The notes beneath the pieces were generated by a model. It saw only the letters and a program-made list of their open reading frames with translations. It ran no database searches and was not told where the DNA came from. DNA of 64,000 nucleotides from Vulcanimicrobiota bacterium (GTDB lineage Bacteria > Vulcanimicrobiota > Vulcanimicrobiia > Vulcanimicrobiales > Vulcanimicrobiaceae), in the NCBI GenBank assembly GCA_963831815.1, contig CAWHRL010000001.1, positions 135,827 through 199,826 of the forward strand. Direction: 5' to 3'. The position numbers and the translations under genes are program-made. This document shows, one piece after another, positions 8,353 to 18,221 of the stretch (the first letter of the stretch is position 1; every line of letters starts with the position of its first letter).

Positions 8353-9249
8353 CTACCGACCTGCGCGCTCTGCCGCTTTGACGACGTTTCGCAACAGCGC
8401 GACGTTCGTAACGGGGCCGACGCCGCCGGGTACCGGCGTGATCGCGCCGGCGACTGTGACGGCGCTTTCAAAGTCGACGTCTCCGCGTAAGACGCCGTCG
8501 ACGATCGTGGTTCCGACGTCAATGACGGTCGCGCCCGGCATCAAGTCGCTTCCGCGTATCAAGCCGGGAGTTCCGGATGCAACGACGACGATCTCCGCCA
8601 TCTTGACGTATGGCCGAAGATCGCCCGATTTGCTGTGAACCATCGTGACCGTTGCATCCTCTGCGAGCATCAGCAATGCGACCGGTTTTCCCACCACTAT
8701 AGATCGTCCAATCACTACGGCAGGGCGGCCTCGGAGCGGCCAGTGCGGGCTGCGTTCGAGCAGCAGCATGACCGCGGCCGGAGTCGCCGGCACGTACTCA
8801 GTTCCACTGCCGAACGCCAAGTGGGCCTGGTTCGTCGGATTCGTGCCGTCGACGTCTTTGTGAACCGGAATGGCGTCGGCGATCTCGCGAATCCGAAGAT
8901 GCGGCGGAAGCGGCTGCGCCAGCATGACGCCGTGGACGCTTGCGTCACCGTGGAGGTCTTCGAGTCGCGCGCGTATCTGCGACTGCGTAGCGCGTTCGAG
9001 GAGCCGATCCACGACCACGCCGACGCCGACTCGCTCGCCGGTTCGTTCGAGGTTTCTCACGTAAGCAAGGCTCGATTCGTTCTCTCCGACGAAGACGACG
9101 ACGAGCTTGGGAGGAACGCCCGTCTCGCGCAACGAGCCGGTACGCGCGATCAGCTCCGTGCGGAGATCGGCCGCTAGACTTCTTCCGTCGAGAATCAAGG
9201 CAGGCACGCCGTCGCCGTTTCGTTTGCCGAAGGATAGGAACCTCGGCAT
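8353..9249 (-). CDS. folD: Bifunctional methylenetetrahydrofolate dehydrogenase/cyclohydrolase FolD
   Basis: 298 aa from the ATG at 9249. Motifs include LVVVFVGENESSLAYVRN, VDGTNPTNQ, PATPAAVMLLLE, VVIGRSIVVGKPVALL and ITPVPGGVGPVT. The 447-aa track ORF has an implausible Arg-rich N-terminal extension. Confidence 0.92.
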   Translation of the reverse strand: MPRFLSFGKRNGDGVPALILDGRSLAADLRTELIARTGSLRETGVPPKLVVVFVGENESSLAYVRNLERTGERVGVGVVVDRLLERATQSQIRARLEDLHGDASVHGVMLAQPLPPHLRIREIADAIPVHKDVDGTNPTNQAHLAFGSGTEYVPATPAAVMLLLERSPHWPLRGRPAVVIGRSIVVGKPVALLMLAEDATVTMVHSKSGDLRPYVKMAEIVVVASGTPGLIRGSDLMPGATVIDVGTTIVDGVLRGDVDFESAVTVAGAITPVPGGVGPVTNVALLRNVVKAAERAGR

Positions 9250-9269
9250 GCCGCAGTTCGGGAGACTAA

Positions 9270-9800
9270 ATGTCGCGTTATCTCGTCTGGGCGGTCGCGG
9301 CGGTGACGTTGGCGATCGCTCTTTTCGTGCTGTGGCCCTTCGTTTCGCCGACAGCGCACTCGAACGGGCCTGAGAGTTTGGCGGGCGAAGCCGCGCCGGT
9401 CTACAGCTTACGCGACGATCGTGGTGCCGCCGTCTCTCTCGACCGGTACCGCGGACGCGTCGTTGTGATGAACCTATGGGCTTCATGGTGTCCGCCGTGC
9501 CGCGCAGAGATGCCCGATCTTCAGCGGCTGGCAAATGCATATGCCCGAAGCGGGCTCTCCATCGTCGGCGTAAACGAAGGCGAGTCACCGCAGCGCGCCC
9601 GTACCTTTGCCGATTCGCTAGGCATTCATTTCCCGATTTGGATCGACAGCGGTCAGCAGTACGGTCGCACATACGCGGCGCTCGGACTACCGACAACCGT
9701 TATTCTCGATCGGCGGGGAGCGGTGGTGCACGGTTACGACGGCGCGCTCACCTTCGCGCAAATGGAGTCGGCGGTCCAGCCGCTGGTCCGGATGCATTGA
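9270..9800 (+). CDS. TlpA/ResA-family thiol-disulfide oxidoreductase (membrane-anchored thioredoxin fold)
   Basis: It has an N-terminal TM helix followed by VVVMNLWASWCPPCRAEMPDLQ (a CxxC motif). Confidence 0.85.
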   Translation: MSRYLVWAVAAVTLAIALFVLWPFVSPTAHSNGPESLAGEAAPVYSLRDDRGAAVSLDRYRGRVVVMNLWASWCPPCRAEMPDLQRLANAYARSGLSIVGVNEGESPQRARTFADSLGIHFPIWIDSGQQYGRTYAALGLPTTVILDRRGAVVHGYDGALTFAQMESAVQPLVRMH

Positions 9801-10768
9801 GTGGGTTGCTCGTGGCCGCGCTGGTCATCGTTGGTGCGGTCGCTCTCGAGATTCTGCTTCCGGGGCAAGCGGTCTATCATGCCGGATGGTACAATGTAGC
9901 GCTCGGTGCGGTAGTCGCGGTCGCGCTTATCGCCGGGCGGCGGCTCTTTCGCCGAGCGACCTCATCGCGCGCGCGGATTGCCGTTGCTGCGGTTGCACTC
10001 GGTGCGGCCATCGCCGGATTCGCGGGCATCGCGAGCGGACTACTGGCACCCGATAATCAAACCGTCATCGGCGCGCCCGGAGCACGCGTCGCCGTGCAAT
10101 CGCTCGGCGTTCTCGCCTTTCCACTCACGTCGACCGACGCCCGGACGAGCGGCTCGGTCACGCTCGTTCGCCCGCTCGGAGGACCAATCGCGATCGGAGA
10201 GCGTGCACGGGATGCGGGTAACTTCATCCTGCGGACGATCTCGCGCAGTGTCGCTTACGTCGAAGCGCGCGATCTGCGAGGGAATCGCTTGACGATCACG
10301 CAGCCGGAAGGCGCGGCGTTTCTGTCGCCCGTGCTGTTGCTCGAACATCGTCAAACGATCGCCGGGATAGATCTTCCTTACGATTCGTTCAACGTTCCGG
10401 CGGCACGGCGAGTCGTCAAAGCGGTCATGTTCACTCCGGCGCAGGCGGCGATGTTGCTGCACGGCGGCGCGAACTCCGGCGAGGCGGCCGTCCTCTTTGC
10501 GGTTGATGACGAGAACGAACGGCCGTTGCCGCACGCGATTGCGCTGAGCGCGGGAGGGCGAGCTGCGCGCGCCGGCGGTCTCTCGTTGCGAGCGGTCGTC
10601 GCTGCGTATCCAGCGGTCGAAGTCGTCGCGGCTCCCAATCTCTTTGCGACGGTCTTTGGGACGCTGCTGATGATTGGCGGCGTAGTCGGTCTACTGACCG
10701 GCGACGATCGCGCGAACGTTTCGCAGCACGATGCTGCCCTGCGACAGCTCGACGCCCTTGGGCGGTAA
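9797..10768 (+). CDS. Hypothetical membrane protein with ResB-like topology (N-terminal TM helices, a periplasmic domain, a C-terminal TM helix)
   Basis: The in-frame TTG at 9797 overlaps the tlpA stop. Hydrophobic helices are LLVAALVIVGAVALEILL, VALGAVVAVALIAG, AVAAVALGAAIAGFAGIA and ATVFGTLLMIGGVVGLL. The earlier part of track ORF 9476.. overlaps tlpA in another frame. The family assignment is tentative. Confidence 0.5.
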   Translation: MSGLLVAALVIVGAVALEILLPGQAVYHAGWYNVALGAVVAVALIAGRRLFRRATSSRARIAVAAVALGAAIAGFAGIASGLLAPDNQTVIGAPGARVAVQSLGVLAFPLTSTDARTSGSVTLVRPLGGPIAIGERARDAGNFILRTISRSVAYVEARDLRGNRLTITQPEGAAFLSPVLLLEHRQTIAGIDLPYDSFNVPAARRVVKAVMFTPAQAAMLLHGGANSGEAAVLFAVDDENERPLPHAIALSAGGRAARAGGLSLRAVVAAYPAVEVVAAPNLFATVFGTLLMIGGVVGLLTGDDRANVSQHDAALRQLDALGR

Positions 10769-12817
10769 GACGTAGATCGCCGTCAACCGCGTCGCCTGCG
10801 TATCGATCGGAAACCGCACCGCAACGCGCCGCCAACCCGGTTCGCCGAGCTGCGTCGCATCGAGCAGAACGTCCTCGTTGATTTCGTTGCGCACCGAAAC
10901 GCGAACGCGTCCCTCGCTCCCGTCGTCTTGCACGTCGAATGCAACCCCGATCGTCCCAGGCGGCAGTGGAACATCGCCCTGTGCGTAGGCGGCGCGCTCG
11001 CCGTTTCCAAAGGCGAACGTTAGCCGCACGCAGCTTTGACAGCCGGCGCTCCTGATGACCTGGCCCGCCCCGCCTCGGCGCGCCGTCAAAAAGTAGGCGC
11101 GGTCGGCAAACGGTAAGGCCACCTCGTGCGAGCCGACCGTCACGCGCGTGCTCGTTACGGTCGTGCCAATTCGCACGGTGACAGTCGCGTCACGCGACTG
11201 TGCATGGAATCGGCCCCCCGCGTCTATCGTGCCGGTGGTGGCGGCCCAGTGCAGGACGGCCGGGAGCGCCAGCGCGTACCCACGAGCGTCATAGGCGCGC
11301 GCTTGCAAGGCGATCGCCGCATTTGGATCGACGTTCGCCGGTGCAGGCGCGATCTTGCTGCGCGCCGGCGCGCCGTCGACTTCGATCGGAACGTCGCCCG
11401 TTAGTCCATCATCTCGCAGAATCAAGTGACCGCTGCCGGGAGCGAGTGCGACGAATCTTCCATCGCGAAAAAGACCGATCCGCGAAGGCAAAACGGTTGC
11501 GCTCGGCACCCGGTTGGCTGCCGCCACGTGATACGCGGCATCGACGGCGGCGACCCGCAGCGGGATCTCTGCCCCACTGATCGCGCGCACGACGCCAGGT
11601 CGAGCGACGAGTCGCACGGCCGGCCCTATTGGGGCCGTGCTATAGACGAAGAGTCCGTCGGCAACGGGACGTTCCTTACCGTCCGATGGCGAGTTTGCAA
11701 CGCCGGCATCGGCGTCGCCTAAGCGGCGAACGACAAGCGTAGAAGATCCGCCACCGTCGAAGAGCAAGCCTTCGGTCGCGCCGAGCGAGCGCATCAGCGA
11801 GGAAAACTCTCGACGGGTGACGCCGACGCTCACCTCCGGTTGTCTGCCGTCAACCTCGATCAGAAAGAGCCGGCCGTCGGAAGCGATCGCGGCGCCGGAA
11901 GAGGGCGTGCGTTTCGAGTTCTCCTCGGGATACGGCGCGTCGGGATCGTCGTACCACTGCCCGTCGTGAAGGATCAATGCGCCGCCGCCAACCGCGGCCG
12001 CTATTGAGGCGAGTCCAAAGGGCGAGAGGTCTCCGCTGGCGGTTACGGTCGAATTGACGTCGGGAACGCCTACGACGCCGTAGTCGCTCGGCCCGATCGC
12101 CACATAATAGCCGGGGGGTTGCGGACTGAGATTATCGGCGACGCCGGTCACGCGATAACTCGTCAACGGAGGAGCACCCTCGGTTGGCGCGAGTGAGACG
12201 AGCGTGACGTTCTCCTGCGGGCCTATGCGACCGTAAGACGGGGTCAGCAGAGAGAGCCCACCCTCCGGACGCGGCATGCCGTCGATGGCGTCGAGCGGCA
12301 TCGTGCGCTCCGCGATAACGATCTGTCCCGCGAATGAAAACTCGGCGATGTGCGGCCACCCGTCGCGCGTGATCGCCAGAGCGTAGCGCTTGTACGGAAG
12401 CTGCAGCAGGGTGCCGTTGCGCACGACCATGTTGACGGGCCGATTCGTGTTGCCGATGTCGAAGAAATCGGCGTTGATCCCCGCAACGGCACGCGTGCGG
12501 CGGGCCATCGAGCCGATCGTTTCGCCGCGCGATACGAGCGAGTCGTTCGCCAGGACGGAGTCGAGCCGTACGTCGCTTCGATGCGGCTCCACGACGATGA
12601 CGTGAACGGAGATCGGGCCGCTTACCGTTTCGAGCTGATAGTCGGCATATGCGATTCCGGGTGCAACGCTCTCTACCGACGGCGCCTGCTCGACGATTTG
12701 CGGAAACGGCGCGCTCGGATCTATGCGAGCGGGCAGCTCACTCGAACGCGCCGGCGTCAGAGTGGCGACGAAAAAGACGAAAAGAGCGCCGATCGCAAAT
12801 CTCATTTTGGATGCCAT
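10691..12817 (-). CDS. Secreted phosphodiester glycosidase-family protein (DUF2233/NAGPA-like) with C-terminal Ig-like repeats
   Basis: It has a signal peptide (MRFAIGALFVFFVATLTPARS). AGINADFFDIGNTNRPVNMVVRNGTLL is characteristic of the phosphodiester glycosidase domain. Confidence 0.72.
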   Translation of the reverse strand: MASKMRFAIGALFVFFVATLTPARSSELPARIDPSAPFPQIVEQAPSVESVAPGIAYADYQLETVSGPISVHVIVVEPHRSDVRLDSVLANDSLVSRGETIGSMARRTRAVAGINADFFDIGNTNRPVNMVVRNGTLLQLPYKRYALAITRDGWPHIAEFSFAGQIVIAERTMPLDAIDGMPRPEGGLSLLTPSYGRIGPQENVTLVSLAPTEGAPPLTSYRVTGVADNLSPQPPGYYVAIGPSDYGVVGVPDVNSTVTASGDLSPFGLASIAAAVGGGALILHDGQWYDDPDAPYPEENSKRTPSSGAAIASDGRLFLIEVDGRQPEVSVGVTRREFSSLMRSLGATEGLLFDGGGSSTLVVRRLGDADAGVANSPSDGKERPVADGLFVYSTAPIGPAVRLVARPGVVRAISGAEIPLRVAAVDAAYHVAAANRVPSATVLPSRIGLFRDGRFVALAPGSGHLILRDDGLTGDVPIEVDGAPARSKIAPAPANVDPNAAIALQARAYDARGYALALPAVLHWAATTGTIDAGGRFHAQSRDATVTVRIGTTVTSTRVTVGSHEVALPFADRAYFLTARRGGAGQVIRSAGCQSCVRLTFAFGNGERAAYAQGDVPLPPGTIGVAFDVQDDGSEGRVRVSVRNEINEDVLLDATQLGEPGWRRVAVRFPIDTQATRLTAIYVLPPKGVELSQGSIVLRNVRAIVAGQ

Positions 12818-14049
12818 ACTGCGACGGCGAGCGGGTAACTTCCGGTCGCAAACGGAGCGCTCGCAACGCGGTGCAGCGTGCGAGCGTCAAACGCGTCGAT
12901 CTCATTTGCGCCGGCGCAAGGGACGTAGAGGCGCCGGCTCGCCTCATCGAGGGCGGGCTTCCAGGGCGTCGAGCAAGTTGACAACGGCGACCGTTTCGGA
13001 CGCAGCGTGCGCGCGTCCAAGAGGTCGATTTGGTCGGTGCTTTCGTCCGTCACGAAGAGCGTCTGCGTAGCCGAGTCGAGCGCGACGCCGATGGGGAAAG
13101 CCAGATTTTCGCTGCGCGCGATCACCCGCGGCGTCGGCGTCTTCAGCCCGAGGGCGACGGCCGAGCCGGGTGCGCCAAAAAGCGAGCCGGTACTCTCGTT
13201 TGAAATTGCATAGAGCACCGTGCCGTCGGAGGATAAAGCGAGTGAGAAGACGCGGCTGACGGCACGGAACTTGCGCACGACGCGCATCGACCGTGCGTCG
13301 ACTTCGGCGACGGTTCCATCATTTGCATTGGCCACGTAAACGAGCTGACGCCGCTCATCGACGGCCAGTCCCTCAGCGGTCGCTCCCGTAGTTACGCGTG
13401 CCACGCTTCGATCGACGCTTATGCGCGTCAGCGCTCCGTCGCCGTTCACGTCGCGGTCCGTAACGAAGACGGCACGTGTCGTGCGATCGATCGCAACTTC
13501 GTCCCCGAGCACGACCCCGCCGATGCGACCGACGGTCCACGGCGCGAGGGTCCCCAGCGTCAGCGCGCTGCCCTCAGTGTCGGGGACTGCTATTTTGCCG
13601 AGTGGGTCTACCGCGACGTCGCCGGGAGTCCCGCCGGTGGCGAGCACGCCGAGCACCGAGAAATCGCGCGCCCGATGGAAGATGACGCCGTCGTCGTAAG
13701 AGGCGACGACGATAAGGCCTTCGTTTGTTGAAGGTGGTCGCGCGATGCGCACTCTCGTCGCCGCTAAGCCGGCCTCGTTGCCCGCAACGATCAGCGCGCT
13801 CCCGACGCCTGGATTGGGAGGGACCTCGTAGAGGCCGCCTGGCGCGATCCGTCCGGGCCCGAGCACTACCGCTTGGTAGGGCGGCGAGAAGCCGTCGATC
13901 CGCAATGGTATCGTGCTTCCGGGGAAGTACGGCCAGGCCGTCACCTCGATTCTTCCGGTCGCCCGATGCCGGTTCGGAGCGCGCGCCGCGGTGGCGTTCA
14001 GTACGATCAACGCCGCAAGTAGCAATGCCAAGCTGTGGAGTCGTTTCAC
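12802..14049 (-). CDS. Secreted YVTN/YncE-like beta-propeller repeat protein
   Basis: It has a signal peptide (MKRLHSLALLLAALIVLNATAA). Repeated units of about 40 residues include LVYVANANDGTVAEVDARSMRVV, LFVTDESTDQIDLLDARTLRP and LYVPCAGANEIDAFDARTL. Confidence 0.7.
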   Translation of the reverse strand: MKRLHSLALLLAALIVLNATAARAPNRHRATGRIEVTAWPYFPGSTIPLRIDGFSPPYQAVVLGPGRIAPGGLYEVPPNPGVGSALIVAGNEAGLAATRVRIARPPSTNEGLIVVASYDDGVIFHRARDFSVLGVLATGGTPGDVAVDPLGKIAVPDTEGSALTLGTLAPWTVGRIGGVVLGDEVAIDRTTRAVFVTDRDVNGDGALTRISVDRSVARVTTGATAEGLAVDERRQLVYVANANDGTVAEVDARSMRVVRKFRAVSRVFSLALSSDGTVLYAISNESTGSLFGAPGSAVALGLKTPTPRVIARSENLAFPIGVALDSATQTLFVTDESTDQIDLLDARTLRPKRSPLSTCSTPWKPALDEASRRLYVPCAGANEIDAFDARTLHRVASAPFATGSYPLAVAVWHPK

Positions 14050-14088
14050 TTCAGGGTTCGAGCAGACCGATCGGCACGAAACAGTCTA

Positions 14089-15384
14089 TCAGCGGGGAGT
14101 GTCATCGAGAATCCTCGCGACGCGCTCGAGCCCTTCGCGCACGTCGCTCCCCGGTGCGACCGTTGTCTCCACCGTTTTCCGCGGATCGAGCGAAAAGCTC
14201 GCGAGCCGGTACTCGTCAAACGTTCCGGCAACGACCGCACCGTCGGGATCGACGGCAAACGCACGTCGCGTCGAGCGATCGAAGACGACGATGTAGAGAC
14301 GCAGCTCGAGCGCCCGAGCGCGCGCGATGCGCTCGGACCAGGGCGCACCGATCTCGGTCGTCCAGCAGACCAGCGAATAACCGGCGCGACTGAAAGCGAC
14401 AAGCCCTCCGGGATCGAGTACGAGTTCGTCGTCGGCCGATGCGACCGGGAGCATGCGATCGAGCGCTGCGAGCCGCTCCCCATCGTCCGGCGAGAGGGCG
14501 CAGACGTCGTCAAGGAGCTCGATCCGCTCGTCGATGTCGTCCGGAAGCGGATCGAACGAGATCGCAAGGCGTACCGTCCGATCGAACCTGGATTTGCGAG
14601 CTTTCACCTCCGCAAGCGCCGTTCGACGTGGGAGTGCGTCGCGAAATGCAATCGATGCAACGAGTGTTTGCGGTTCGCGCTCGCCCGCGAGCGCGACGAT
14701 CTCTCCACAGGAATCGACGATCTGGCTCTTCCCGCAGTACGCGACCATACCGAGCTCGCTGCCGCACTTGTTGGCAGCGACAAACGGTACGCTGTTTTCA
14801 TAGGCTCGGACGCGAGCGAGCAGATCGGCTTGAACGTTCTCAAGTGCTGCCGGATCGCGTCCGCTCGTCACCCAAGCGGTCGGCATCACCAAAGCGTTAG
14901 CGCCGCGGTCGACCAGTGCGCGCGCAATCGTGGGAAGTCGCCCATCCGCGCAGACAAGCACGCCGAGCGCGCCGATAGCCGTTGCGATCGGTTCGATTCG
15001 TTCGCCCGGTGCGAACCAGCGCCGGTCGAAGTGCCATAAGAAAAGCTTGTCGGCGCGCCCCGCAAGCGAGCCATCGGCATCGATGACGAATGCGCCGTTT
15101 CGAAGCCCGGTGTCGGTTGATGCGGCAGCGCCCGTCACGATCACCGTGTGCGTGGCAAGCGCGACGTCGCGCAGCCGCTCGATCGCACGGGCGATCGCGC
15201 TCTCCTCGGCAAGCCGCGAGCCACCGAGAACGTACGCGGGAAACGTGGATTCGGGTAACACGACCAAGTCGGCGCGCGATGCCGCTTCGCTCGCCGCCTC
15301 TATTATGCGATCGAGCGTCAGCGGAAACTCATCGCGGTCGTGCGCTCGAAGCTGCACCGCCGCTGCGCGAACCGAGGCAATCAT
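14089..15384 (-). CDS. Carbon-nitrogen hydrolase (nitrilase superfamily) with an extra C-terminal domain
   Basis: The E-K-C triad context is present: LVVLPESTFP, RADKLFLW and GVLVCADGRLP. About 170 extra C-terminal residues are of unclear function. Confidence 0.8.
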   Translation of the reverse strand: MIASVRAAAVQLRAHDRDEFPLTLDRIIEAASEAASRADLVVLPESTFPAYVLGGSRLAEESAIARAIERLRDVALATHTVIVTGAAASTDTGLRNGAFVIDADGSLAGRADKLFLWHFDRRWFAPGERIEPIATAIGALGVLVCADGRLPTIARALVDRGANALVMPTAWVTSGRDPAALENVQADLLARVRAYENSVPFVAANKCGSELGMVAYCGKSQIVDSCGEIVALAGEREPQTLVASIAFRDALPRRTALAEVKARKSRFDRTVRLAISFDPLPDDIDERIELLDDVCALSPDDGERLAALDRMLPVASADDELVLDPGGLVAFSRAGYSLVCWTTEIGAPWSERIARARALELRLYIVVFDRSTRRAFAVDPDGAVVAGTFDEYRLASFSLDPRKTVETTVAPGSDVREGLERVARILDDTPR

Positions 15385-15531
15385 GCTGGCGACTGGTTCG
15401 CGGCTCGAAAAGGTATGCCCTTACGCTGACGTCGAGGAGGCCGCGAGCGCTCGATTGCAAAAGCTTTGCTTCCCAGAGGGCTACACCGCTACGAGCCGAG
15501 CCCGAAGGAGATGTTGCCACACGTGAAACGC

Positions 15532-16272
15532 ATGCTACCGACGTCGCTGCTTGCGCTGCTTGTAGTAAGCATTAGTTTACTCTCGGCCATGCCGCAATCC
15601 GCCGCGGCTCCGGCGGCTTCGCCTAAGCCGGCTGCGAGCCCGTCGAAGAAGAAGGACGTTTGCGGCGCGACCAAGAGCAAATGGGCCCATCTTCAGTGCG
15701 AGGAGTATAACGACTCCGCGCCCGGCGACGAATATTTTGGTCGCATGAAGATCAGTTATCTTGGGATCGATAACACGTATAAAGACGGCTCCATCAGCGC
15801 CGGCGCTTACACAACCGACCCCAGGCTTATCGCGAAACTCGACTTTGCCACGGAAGCGCTGCGCAAATGGGCAGCAAAATATCCAAACGATCCGCAACTC
15901 GCGCGATCCTACTTCCTGGGCGTTATTACGCTGCGCAAGGTCTACACCCAGGGCGAGCAGCAAACGGCGTGGGAGTTCACGCAGCTCCTCATCAAAAAGT
16001 ACGGTAACACGTACTACGGCAAGACGATGAAGTCGACCGTCGCGCAAGGGTACACCGAACATTGGTTTGCGCTCGCGCAGCTCTGTCCGACCCCGCTGCC
16101 GACCGGGGTGATGCCCGAAACGACGCCGGCCGCGACTCCGACGCCGTCACCGGCTCCGGGCCATCCGGCGATCGATATCATCACGCCGCCATGCGTGCAA
16201 CCGTCGCCGCAAGAGGTCGACACGCCCGAGGCGTCCGCGAGTCCGGCGCCGGCTCAGAGACCGTCGCCATAA
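15532..16272 (+). CDS. Hypothetical secreted protein with Pro/Ala-rich N- and C-terminal segments
   Basis: The internal ATG at 15532 gives the signal-like MLPTSLLALLVVSISLLSAMPQSAAA. I recognise no family. Confidence 0.55.
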   Translation: MLPTSLLALLVVSISLLSAMPQSAAAPAASPKPAASPSKKKDVCGATKSKWAHLQCEEYNDSAPGDEYFGRMKISYLGIDNTYKDGSISAGAYTTDPRLIAKLDFATEALRKWAAKYPNDPQLARSYFLGVITLRKVYTQGEQQTAWEFTQLLIKKYGNTYYGKTMKSTVAQGYTEHWFALAQLCPTPLPTGVMPETTPAATPTPSPAPGHPAIDIITPPCVQPSPQEVDTPEASASPAPAQRPSP

Positions 16273-16273
16273 C

Positions 16274-16302
16274 GAAAGCCCCTGCGGTCTGCAGGGGCTT
16301 TC
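16274..16302. terminator. Bidirectional stem-loop terminator between convergent genes
   Basis: GAAAGCCCCTGC-ggtct-GCAGGGGCTTTC is a perfect 12-bp stem, located immediately after the stop at 16272 and before the stop at 16329. Confidence 0.65.
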
Positions 16303-16328
16303 GATTTCCGCGTGGTCGCGCGCGAGGG

Positions 16329-17675
16329 TTACCAGTGACTGATCTTCAGACCGATACCCGCGTACGGACCGCTTAGAGAGAACCCGATCGGAGCTGCACT
16401 CTGATTATAGCCACGGTCACCCAAGAATCCGGCTTCGAAGAAGACCGGGACTCCGGGCAACGAGTAGCTGACTCCGATGTCGTACTTCAGGATGTCGTAA
16501 CCGACCTTGAACGTGCATCCGCCTCCGTTCGGGTTTCCGCACGCGAGCGGTGTGCTCGAGTAGTTGCCGTTGACGCCGAAATAGTAGACCGCGCTTCCGT
16601 AGAACGAGAAGTCGCGATCCAGATCGGGCAGCTTTTCTAGCCCGACACCGGCACCCTCCATGTTCGGATAACCGTAGTTGTTACCCCACGCCATATATCC
16701 GCCAACCAGATAGATGCGTGGCTTGAGGATGCGAATGCCGAGTCGCGCGTCAAAGTCGTAGTTGCGGCCGATGAATGCCGCAACACTTGACGAGCCGAGG
16801 CCACCGATCGTGGTGACGAAGCACCCCGGATCGCTGGCACCGCCGCAGTTATGTTGCCAGTTCCATTGGCGATAGTCGACCTCGACCATGAACGGAAGGC
16901 TCATGAGCGGGGCTTCGACCACACCGTGGATCCGGTACGAGAAGCCGCCGTTGTTGTTGCCGCTGTTCGCGCCGGGAACGAACTCGTTGTAGACGCGCGG
17001 CGAGATTATGTAGTCGCCGGCGACGTAGACGTCGTAGAACGGGCGAGGCGTCGGCGTCGGCGTCGCGACCGGTGGCGGTGGCGGCGGCGGCGGCGGCGGA
17101 CTCGGCGGCGGAGTCGCCGGGATGTAACGTACGACGACGAGACGGCGATCGGGTACCCACAGAACGTAGGCGCCCATTGCCTCCGAGATGACTCGGACCG
17201 GGACGAGAACGGTGCCCTGATACATTTCGGGCGGCACGTCCAATGGACGAGACTCACCGTTAATGATGACTTCCGGCTTGCCGACGGTCACTTTGACCTC
17301 GGCGCCGGCTTTACTAACCGTTGCGGTTTGACTTCCCGCGTCCCACGACACAGTCGGGTATGGCGGGCCCATTTGCTCGAACATCGAGCGAAGCGGAATT
17401 AAAATCGTTCCACCCCGCACGAGCGCCGCGAGAACGCGGCCCCGCTTTAGAATATCGGGCTTGGTGTAGACGTGATGGTCGTTGTAGAGAATCGGATACT
17501 GACCCGACGGCGGGGACCCGAAGTTCGCCGGCGGAGCAGCCGTCGAGCCCTGGTCCTGCGCAATCGCGTTGGTTCCAGTGTTGCCATGCGATGCTCCGGG
17601 CTGGGCTGCGACCGCGGTAAATCCGAGACCGACTGCCATAAGCAGGGTCAGGATTCCAGTGCTCAGTCGCTTCAA
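16329..17675 (-). CDS. Outer-membrane protein: copper-amine-oxidase-N-like (stalk) domain, then a poly-Pro linker, then a C-terminal beta-barrel
   Basis: It has a signal peptide (MKRLSTGILTLLMAVGLGFTAVAA). ALVRGGTILIPLRSMFEQMG...GTVLVPVRVISEAMGAYVLW resembles the Cu_amine_oxidN1 fold. The linker is PPPSPPPPPPPPPPVATPTPTP. The C-terminal half has alternating aromatic/Gly strands and ends ...GIGLKISHW. An AGGAGGA RBS lies upstream. Confidence 0.7.
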   Translation of the reverse strand: MKRLSTGILTLLMAVGLGFTAVAAQPGASHGNTGTNAIAQDQGSTAAPPANFGSPPSGQYPILYNDHHVYTKPDILKRGRVLAALVRGGTILIPLRSMFEQMGPPYPTVSWDAGSQTATVSKAGAEVKVTVGKPEVIINGESRPLDVPPEMYQGTVLVPVRVISEAMGAYVLWVPDRRLVVVRYIPATPPPSPPPPPPPPPPVATPTPTPRPFYDVYVAGDYIISPRVYNEFVPGANSGNNNGGFSYRIHGVVEAPLMSLPFMVEVDYRQWNWQHNCGGASDPGCFVTTIGGLGSSSVAAFIGRNYDFDARLGIRILKPRIYLVGGYMAWGNNYGYPNMEGAGVGLEKLPDLDRDFSFYGSAVYYFGVNGNYSSTPLACGNPNGGGCTFKVGYDILKYDIGVSYSLPGVPVFFEAGFLGDRGYNQSAAPIGFSLSGPYAGIGLKISHW

Positions 17676-17825
17676 TCTGTCCTCCTAGCTGTGAATTGAG
17701 CTTTGCCCCAACCGCCCTGACCCTGCGGGCCTGGTCGGTGAGTGCCTTTCGCGTCCTTTTCGGGGACGGACGATTGCCTCCCCTGCAGTGAGAGCCTTGG
17801 AGTTTGCCGGTTTTCGGCCGACTCG

Positions 17826-18221
17826 CTAGGTGAGCTTTTCGCGCAGTTTTGCCAAGAACTTGGCCTTTTCGATGATGTACCGCTCGTGGGTACCCTCGGC
17901 TACCGCTTCTTGCTCGTCGAAGACTTGGACGGCGAAACTCACGCGTGGCCCGTCGAGCATCACGACTTCGACCTCGGTACGAATGATGAAGCCCACCGGC
18001 ACCAGCTTCTTATGCTCGAGATCGATGTGCGTTCCCAGGGTGATTTGACCCGCCTTTAAAATCGGCTGGACGCAGTGGATCGCGGCGCTCTCAACCAACT
18101 GAACGAGCATCGAGGTGGAGAGGACGTCGACACCCTTGTTCCCGGCCTTCTCGGCAGTCATCCACTCCTCGACGCGGCTCTGAAGACTATACGAGCGGCC
18201 GATGTCGAGTTTCGCGCTCAT
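17826..18221 (-). CDS. Hotdog-fold thioesterase family protein
   Basis: 131 aa. LSTSMLVQLVESAAIHCV...GTHIDLEHKKLVPVG...FAVQVFDEQEAVAEGTHERYII fits the small acyl-CoA thioesterase pattern. Confidence 0.7.
   Translation of the reverse strand: MSAKLDIGRSYSLQSRVEEWMTAEKAGNKGVDVLSTSMLVQLVESAAIHCVQPILKAGQITLGTHIDLEHKKLVPVGFIIRTEVEVVMLDGPRVSFAVQVFDEQEAVAEGTHERYIIEKAKFLAKLREKLT

Noticed and set aside
8353-9696. A 447-aa version of FolD with a 149-aa N-terminal extension.
   Set aside because: The extension is extremely Arg/Ser/Pro-rich, overlaps the divergent tlpA-like gene, and has no FolD counterpart. The ATG at 9249 gives a normal 298-aa FolD.
9476-9796. The N-terminal 107 codons of track ORF 9476..10768.
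   Set aside because: They overlap the thioredoxin-fold gene in another frame and are Arg-rich. The hydrophobic membrane protein begins plausibly at the TTG at 9797.
17040-17110. A low-complexity GGC/GGT repeat run.
   Set aside because: It is simply the coding sequence of the poly-proline linker (minus strand) of the outer-membrane protein, not an independent repeat element.
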